From Macrostomum lignano (taxonomy: Eukaryota): DNA of 64,000 bases. Every line of letters begins with the position of its first letter. Position 1 is the first letter of the stretch. The notes under the pieces are model-generated. The model was not told where the DNA came from. It made no database searches and worked only from the letters and a program-made list of their open reading frames with translations. Location of the stretch: contig NIVC01000023.1 of assembly GCA_002269645.1 (NCBI GenBank), positions 310,001 through 374,000 of the forward strand, in the 5' to 3' direction. Of the stretch, positions 29,901 through 64,000 are shown in pieces. The translations under genes and the position numbers were made by a program.

Positions 29901-32554
29901 CACACTAAAGCATCATTAACCCACACTGAAGCATCATCAACCCATACTTAAGCATCATAAACCCACACTGAAGCATCATCAACCCACACTGAAGCATCAT
30001 CAACCCATACTTGAGCATCATAAACCCACACTGAAGCATCATCAACCGACACTGCAGCATCATCAACCCATACTTAAGCATCATAAACCCTCACTGAAGC
30101 ATCATCAACCCACACTGAAGCATCATCAACCCATACTTAAGCATCATAAACCCTCACTGAAGCATCATCAACCGACACTGCAGCATCATCAACCCATACT
30201 TAAGCATCATAAACCCTCACTGAAGCATCATCAACCGACACTGAAGCATCATAAACCCACACTGAAGCATCATAAACCCACTCTGAAGCATCATAAACCC
30301 TCACTGAAGCATCATCAACCCACTCTGAAGCATCCCAAACCCACTCTGAAGCATCATAAACCCACACTGAAGCATCCCAAACCCACACTGAAGCATCCCA
30401 AACCCACACTGAAGCATCATTAACCCACACTAAAGCATCATTAACCCACACTGAAGCATCATAAACCCACTCTGAAGCACCATAAACCCACACTGAAGCA
30501 TCATAAACCCACTCTGAAGCATCCCAAACCCACTCTGAAGCATCATAAACCCACACTGAAGCATCCCAAACCCACACTGAAGCATCCCAAACCCACACTG
30601 AACCATCATTAACCCACACTAAACCATCATTAACCCACACTGAAGCATCATAAACGTGTCAAAATAATCGTAAACCAATTGTACTTTATCTACGCTAAAT
30701 GTACTTTAAAAATTAGACAAGTATAGGCCACTGAAGCTTTTTATTTTAACAAATATTTATAATATTTTATAACCTCAATAATCTATAAAACAATAGATTG
30801 GAACGGTACAAAAAGGTGAGTAAAAATCATAATTAAAACAGTTCACTTATTCGTTGCACTATAGAAACGACAATTGGTTTCATTTTTTGTTTATCTATTT
30901 TCTGTGCGCCCTCGGAAATATTTTATTATTCAAGATGAACAAACTTATCGCCAGTAAAACTTTGAATTTATTAAAATATGGCAACTTTCTTCATCTTTTT
31001 ATGAGCTACTAAAAGTAGCACCAATTATTGCAACTATTTTTAAAATTGATAGAACTTGATGATAAATTCTCAGAGAATAGACAGCCAAATCTTTTCTGTT
31101 CTGAAATTGCAATAAGTTTTACGAGACAGTAGCACCACCTAAGAGACAGAGGCGCCACCACCTAAGAGACAGAATTGGGCTTTAGAAAGTTGCAGTTTTG
31201 ACAAGTTATCAGTAAAATTGTCAATAAAATAATTTCTTGGTTGCTCTTTTTACAGTTTGAAAAGTACTCGTATTAAAATGTTTTGTCAATGAAAAATCAA
31301 ATCATAATTTTAGATTTTTATCACCTACGGTCTGGCTGTTGTTCAGAGGACCTACGTCGCCTTCGCCGTGGTGTCCCTATTCATGGAGGTCAATTCGATA
31401 TTTCTGCATGCCAGACAGCTGGCTAATTTGCGAAGAGCAAATCGAAGTTCGATTGTTTATCGGTTTCTATGCGCGGCTAATGTTGGTGAGTTTTTTGAAA
31501 CTGAACACGTCCTTAGTGGTCGCTTGGCCTTTGGCGCCTGTCTTTAGCGCCGACTTGACCCCATTTGGCGCTTGTCTTTAGCGCCAACTTGACTCCATTT
31601 GGCGCCTGTCTTTAGCGCCGACTTGACCCCATTTAGCGCTTGTCTTTAGCGTCACTTCAACCCCATTTGGCGCCTGTCTTTAGCGCCACCTTGACCCCAT
31701 TTGGCGCCTGTCTTTAGCGCCACCTTAACCCAATTTGACGCCCGTCTTTAGCGCCAACTTGACTCCATTTGGCGCCTGTCTTTAGCGCCAACTTGACCCT
31801 TATTTAGCGCTTGTCTTTAGCGCCACCTTAACTCCATTTGGTGTCTGTCTTTAGTTCCACCTCAACCCCATTTGGCGCCTGTCTTTAGCGCCACCTTAAC
31901 CCTATTTAGCGCCTGTCTTTAGCGCCACCTTAACTCCATTTGGCGCCTGTCTTTAGCGCCACCTTAACCCCAATTGGCGCCTGTCTTTAGCGTCACCTCA
32001 ACCCCATTTGGCGCCCGTCTTTATCACCAACTTGACTCCATTTGGCGCCTGTTTTTTAGCGTCAACTCAACCCATTTGGCGCTTGTCTTTAGCGCCAACT
32101 TGACCCCATTTAACGCCTTTTTTAGCGCCACCTTAACCCCATGCTTCAATTCCAACTTTGGCGCCTCAATTCCAACTTTGGCGCCTCAATTCCAACTTTG
32201 GCGCCTCAATTCCAACTTTGGTGCCTTAATTTCAAAGTTGGTGTCTAAATTCTATTTTTGGCGCCTATTCCTGCCCTAATTTGGCGCTATCAGGCTCAGA
32301 TGTCGCGTCAGTTGCTAACTCAGTTAATTCTGGCACACTGCGCAGGCACTCTAGTGACATTTCGCGGCATCACCACAGCCTGGATGGTTCGTTGGATTTG
32401 GTCAAATTGGCGCCTACTGCCGCTTCCAGTGGCTCTGCTAGGCGCCTCCGGTCTGGTTGTCATCAGCGTTATGAACATCGTCCTGCTGGTCCGCCTTGTC
32501 AAAGCAGACTATTTCACTAATATTAGTAATAGCCAGAAAGCCAAAGCGTCCTAG
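23926..32554 (+). CDS. TLC (TRAM/LAG1/CLN8) domain membrane protein, TLCD1/TLCD2-like, 5 exons, 303 aa
   Basis: Exons 23926-24290, 27334-27416, 27843-27925, 31314-31485 and 32346-32554 are all GT-AG and phase-consistent (912 nt). Motifs: WKMQNIFLSEIHSIVSG, GYFVHD, ELLFHHF, LFMEVNSIFLHAR, TLVTFR, MNIVLLVRLVKAD. Confidence 0.9.
25040..25195. repeat. Short compound tandem repeat built on GGCAGACAAATA and CTGGCCATTTGCCCAG subunits (about 49-bp period)
   Basis: About three visible units in TLCD intron 1. Confidence 0.7.
26270..27000. repeat. 23-bp minisatellite (GGCAGTTCTAGGGGTAGTTTATT)n, about 30 copies
   Basis: Visible tandem unit that diverges towards the 3' end. Confidence 0.92.
27520..27760. 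repeat. CT-rich low-complexity tract
   Basis: Degenerate (CT/CTT)n between TLCD exons 2 and 3. Confidence 0.8.
28405..30655. repeat. 21-bp satellite (CTGAAGCATCAT(C/A)AACCCACA)n, over 100 copies, with a 735-bp higher-order duplication
   Basis: Visible unit. Variant patterns and the spurious ORFs recur at an offset of exactly 735 bp (29191/29926, 29465/30200). Confidence 0.95.
31510..32225. repeat. 34-bp minisatellite (TGGCGCCTGTCTTTAGCGCCACCTTGACCCCATT)n followed by 20-bp units (TCAATTCCAACTTTGGCGCC)n
   Basis: Visible units in TLCD intron 4. Each 34-mer contains a TGGCGC...GCGCCA inverted pair. Confidence 0.9.
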
Positions 32555-33014
32555 ACTTATTTGTCTTCTAATTCACTAAATCCATTGTTAAAGCCTTTAA
32601 AAGGAAGACAATAAATGTCATTAATTGATTCACTTTATCAAACTATTAGTACGAAATGTTCTTTTTTGTCAATCTACTACTATTTTTAAGTAGTGCGAGT
32701 TTAAATGTTTTGCTAGCTAGCTAATAACCAAAAGCATTCCAATTGTGTTTCAATATTGTATTGTTTCTATATTCGTGTTAAATCCATCCTTCAAACTCCG
32801 TCTATTATAATTATAATTATCGATTCGGATATTATTTATATTGATTATTGCACTATGGTTTGTAAAATGTGTTTGGTCAGCACTCAATAGCAGAACTAGG
32901 TTAAATTAAATTTTTATATTGGCCATTCCCTAAACCTGATTGCATTCATTTTGGGCTTGTGTGCACAACAGTTAACACTCGTGAGGGTAGACCCCAAGGC
33001 ACAGAGTGTACTTT

Positions 33015-33185
33015 GCTCCGAGCTTTAGTCTATGGCCGAAACCCGCAGCAGCCCTCCTACAATAGTGCCACATGTATTTTCATAGGCTCCGAGTTTTAGT
33101 CTATGGCCGAAACCCCGCAGCAGCCCTCCTACAATAGTGCCACATTTATTTTCATTGGTTTTGAACTTTAGTCTATGGCCGAAAC
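33015..33185. repeat. About 70-bp direct repeat, 2.5 copies
   Basis: CTTTAGTCTATGGCCGAAAC(CCGCAGCAGCCCTCCTACAATAGTGCCACAT) recurs three times. Confidence 0.75.
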
Positions 33186-33944
33186 TGGATAAAGTTTATA
33201 AGCTGTATTCATTTATTACAGCGATATGTAATAATTTCCATTTAATCGTATTATAGGCATTAAAATATTCGCATGCGACCTTCCCACGTCAATCCCAATT
33301 GATGTTTATTTTTAATAGTTACTACTACATCATTTTTTAACCCCAAGGTGCTTCTACCCTCATTAGCAACAATAATTTGCTTTTACTGCCTTACTGACTA
33401 TAGATTACAGCATCTATAGATGTGAAATCTATAGGTAAATTTTGTAAGTGTAAAACGCTTTAAGCCATCGTCACGTACATGTATTAGCTGTTTCTGGCCG
33501 AAAAAAGTTCCTATTGGTTTGCTTTGAGTTTATTTATTTATAGTGTTATTTGATTACCTAGCCTATTTGCTCAGTGCATTGTGAACTTTTCGCCGTCTAA
33601 TTATTTTTTATGTATAGATTTACTCTAAACTTTGTGGCCTTTTAAGCGCGAACTAACCAGTAATAAAATCCAGTTTCCATGACGACCACTTACATGGCAC
33701 TTAAGCCCCTCTTTTTTGCATATTTGTCATACTAAATTAAAGTTGCGTCTGTTTGCTGTAGTCGAGCCTCAGGTAGGATGCACATGCAGATTAATTTTCT
33801 GTTGCTTTTTGTTTTTTCCAACTTGTTTTCGCTTCGGATTAACATTAGCTTTTTCTAAATTTAATCGGTAAATTTGCTGGGTATATATCATCCGTTACTG
33901 CGATTGTTAGTGCTGAGTTATCTGTGATTCTCTGAATTCTGATT

Positions 33945-34200
33945 GGCCAGAAGGTTTGCTGCGATTCTCTGATTGGCTGAAGGGATATTACTGCGATTCT
34001 CTGATTGGCTGGAGGAAATCGCTGCGATTGTCTGATTGGCTGGGGGATATTGCTGCGATTCTCTAATTGGCTGGAAGAAGTCGATGCGATTCTCTGATTG
34101 GCTGGAGGAAATCGCTGCGATTGTCTGATTGGCTGGGGGGATATTGCTGCGATTCTCTAATTGGCTGGAAGAAATCGCTGCGATTATCTGATTGGCTGTA
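33945..34200. repeat. 31-32-bp minisatellite (GCTGCGATTCTCTGATTGGCTGGAGGAAATC)n, about 8 copies
   Basis: Visible units, each containing CT(G/A)ATTGGCT. Confidence 0.88.
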
Positions 34201-34584
34201 TGGAATTTTTGCCAGATTATGACATCAGCATGTATTAACAAGCCAAATTGCCTCCGAATTAAAAGTGCATCTTGCGTCATATTATGAATAAATGATACAA
34301 AATTTAGATGTACCACGTGATCCATTGCGTCACTCAAACCATTCAGTGATTATTATTTACTTTAAAAACTAATGCGCTTAATAAATTTTGTATATTAGAC
34401 AATTATTGTTAAGTTTTTGATTTTCGAAATAAAGCCAGTTTTTATTTATCATTTTTGTGCTACAATTAATATAATGCAAGATTGGCTTATTAGAAATTAA
34501 ATTGTGTTATTGACTTCGATTTTCGACTTTCGTAAAAGCACGGATGGTATTGCGATTGCGGCTGGCGGGAACGACTGCGAAGTA

Positions 34585-34667
34585 GAGAAGTAGAGCAGCT
34601 TAGTGTCAGAGCCTGTCTTCTGACTCTTGAGAGCAGGGGACCTCTGGTTCGACTCCGTGGGCGGCCA
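34585..34667 (+). pseudogene. Degenerate tRNA-Lys(CTT)-like sequence (pseudo-tRNA or SINE head)
   Basis: AGCTTAGTGTCAGAGC (D-arm-like), GACTCTTGA (CTT anticodon-loop-like) and GGTTCGACTCC (B box) are present. There is an insertion and poor stem pairing. Confidence 0.3.
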
Positions 34668-34694
34668 ATTGAGACGGTTGACCACTAAGCGAGA

Positions 34695-35345
34695 GGGGCG
34701 CCCACCGAGAAACGGGCGCCTACCAAAAAACAGGGGCGCCCACCAGGAGACCCCGAGTGCCAAAAGAGACAGGGGCGCCCACCAAGAGACAGGGGCGCCA
34801 ACCAATAAACAGGGGCGCCTACCAATAAACGGGCGCCTTCTAATAAACAGGGGCGCCAACCAATAAACAGGGGCGCCAACCAATAAACAGGGGCGCCTAC
34901 CAAGAGACAGGGGCGCCAACCAATTAACAGGGGCGCCAACAAAGAGACCGGGGCGCCAACCAATAAACAGGGGCGCCTACCAAGAGACGGGCGCCAACCA
35001 ATAAACAGGGGCGCCAACCAATAAACAGGGGCGCCAACTAATAAAAAGGGGCGCCAACCAATAAACAGGGGCGCCTACCAAGAGACAGGGGCGCCAACCA
35101 ATAAACAGGGGCGCCAACCATTAAACAGGGGCGCCAACCAATAAACAGGGGCGACAACCAAGAGGCAGGGGCCCCAACCAATAAACAGGGGCGCCAACCA
35201 ATAAACAGGGGCGCCAACCAATAAACAGGGGCGACAACCAAGAGGCAGGGGCCCCAACCAATAAACAGGGGCGCCAACCAATAAACAGGGGCGCCAACCA
35301 ATAAACAGGGGCGACAACAAAGAGGCAGCTAGGGGCGCCCACAGA
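34695..35345. repeat. 21-bp minisatellite (AACAGGGGCGCCAACCAATAA)n, about 30 copies
   Basis: Visible tandem unit. Confidence 0.92.
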
Positions 35346-36643
35346 GAGACAGGGATACCTACCTAGTCACCAAATATTGACGCCCCTTTAGAGTTTCGAC
35401 GCCGTTCAATTGAAATTCCTGCACAGGTAAATTCTAAAAAATTATTTAATAACTCAAATGACGTTACAGTACATGTAAGAATGCTTTTAGCAGCACAGGC
35501 ACTGATACCAGTTGCTTGAAGCATTTATCGTATATATATATTTTATTGATAGATAAAATTGATAATCTTGATTAAGTGAATAAGGAGATTAACAGAATTA
35601 ACTGCGCGAAGCGGAGCCGGAAACTACAGTTGTAATTCACTATTATAATTAAAGCATTAGATAGTAATTATTTTCATAACATATTGGCTAAAGTGGGAAT
35701 TCTGATAAATATGCAGTGCATATAGTTTGGGATAAAAATTGTTATTTTAAACACTACAAGAAGCGCTATGCAGGCTCTGAAAAGTTTGAAACCTTGGCAC
35801 GCGCAAAAATACGCAGCTAATGCCTTTTAAGATATATATGATTAATTCATTAGCATCAAAGTAAGAAATAATGCAGCTACGCTCGTGCATGTACATGTAC
35901 ATCAAATAGCAAGGTCAAATACAATTATTAAGGTTTAAGAATCACGTATATACTGGGATCTAGAATATCCTCACATTAGTGACAATAGTACAAACCTGCA
36001 ATATCTTGCATGCGAGTAATTACTTGTACCTGCTAATTAACGGCGGGTGAGATAAGAAAATAGAGTTTTAGAAAACCTAATTAATTTTTTTTACGTTTGC
36101 ACGTTACTCTTATAGACCTATCAGCGCACCTGCTACATGTGCACATGCATTATTAGCTACAGGTAAGAAAGCAATATTGAAGCCAATATAGATAAACAGT
36201 AAGGACCAGCAATCATTTCTCCGCAGGTGTGTATAAATAAACACGGAAGCGCGCGGTTTCATCAAAGTTGACAGGTGAAAATTAACCGTTAGCGCCTGAT
36301 TCGCGCCACTATCAGCTGAATGACAGTTGGAGAACGAACCTAATAAGCTACAAAATCGACTAGAATATCACTCGTACAAAAATGCCATTATATCTACTAC
36401 TCAGTAGCAAAATTAGCGTTTTTTGCTTTTTTATACGACCGTTGGAAAATGGTCCGTTTCACGACCTCTAGGTCTGCAATTCGTCATTCGAAAAGAGTTA
36501 TTAAAATTGACGTGCAAGGTTATTTTAGGTTATGCATATAGATTAAACTAGCAATTGTGCTACTACAAGTAGTTCAAGTCCTTGTACAGTTAGATCTGTT
36601 TTTTTGACAGTCGCTCAAATCAACGCCTCGTCAGGTGTCTCAC

Positions 36644-64000
<27,357 letters not shown>

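Overview
This is eukaryotic (invertebrate animal) genomic DNA, not prokaryotic. It has GT-AG introns, GC-rich exons in AT-rich introns, SINEs, MITEs and (GATA)n/(CTGT)n arrays. The overall style resembles a free-living flatworm such as Macrostomum, but that is inference only. I rebuilt four protein-coding genes by hand with phase-consistent splice junctions. (1) 5810-11056 (+): a 2-exon gene of about 1709 aa with a hydrophobic glycine-zipper N-terminus, a Pro-rich repeat, a degenerate GBP/atlastin-like GTPase fold and a long helical C-terminus. (2) 16582-23105 (-): MKS1, 12 exons, 596 aa, with a candidate alternative last exon at 15399-15679. (3) 23926-32554 (+): a TLC-domain (TLCD1/2-like) gene, 5 exons, 303 aa, head-to-head with MKS1. 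(4) 36644 to beyond 64000 (-): a very large type I membrane protein with concanavalin/pentraxin-like, laminin G and EGF modules. Its cytoplasmic tail splices in frame into a WD40 domain of about 368 aa instead of ending in a short PDZ-binding tail. This LamG-EGF-TM-WD40 architecture is the most striking feature of the window. The rest is a deleted gypsy element with its 3' LTR, two non-LTR fragments, two tRNA-derived SINE families, hAT-type MITEs, a small element embedded in GATA arrays, and about 18 different mini- and microsatellites. No CRISPR array, rRNA or intact tRNA was found. Copy numbers are approximate hand counts, and no database searches were run.
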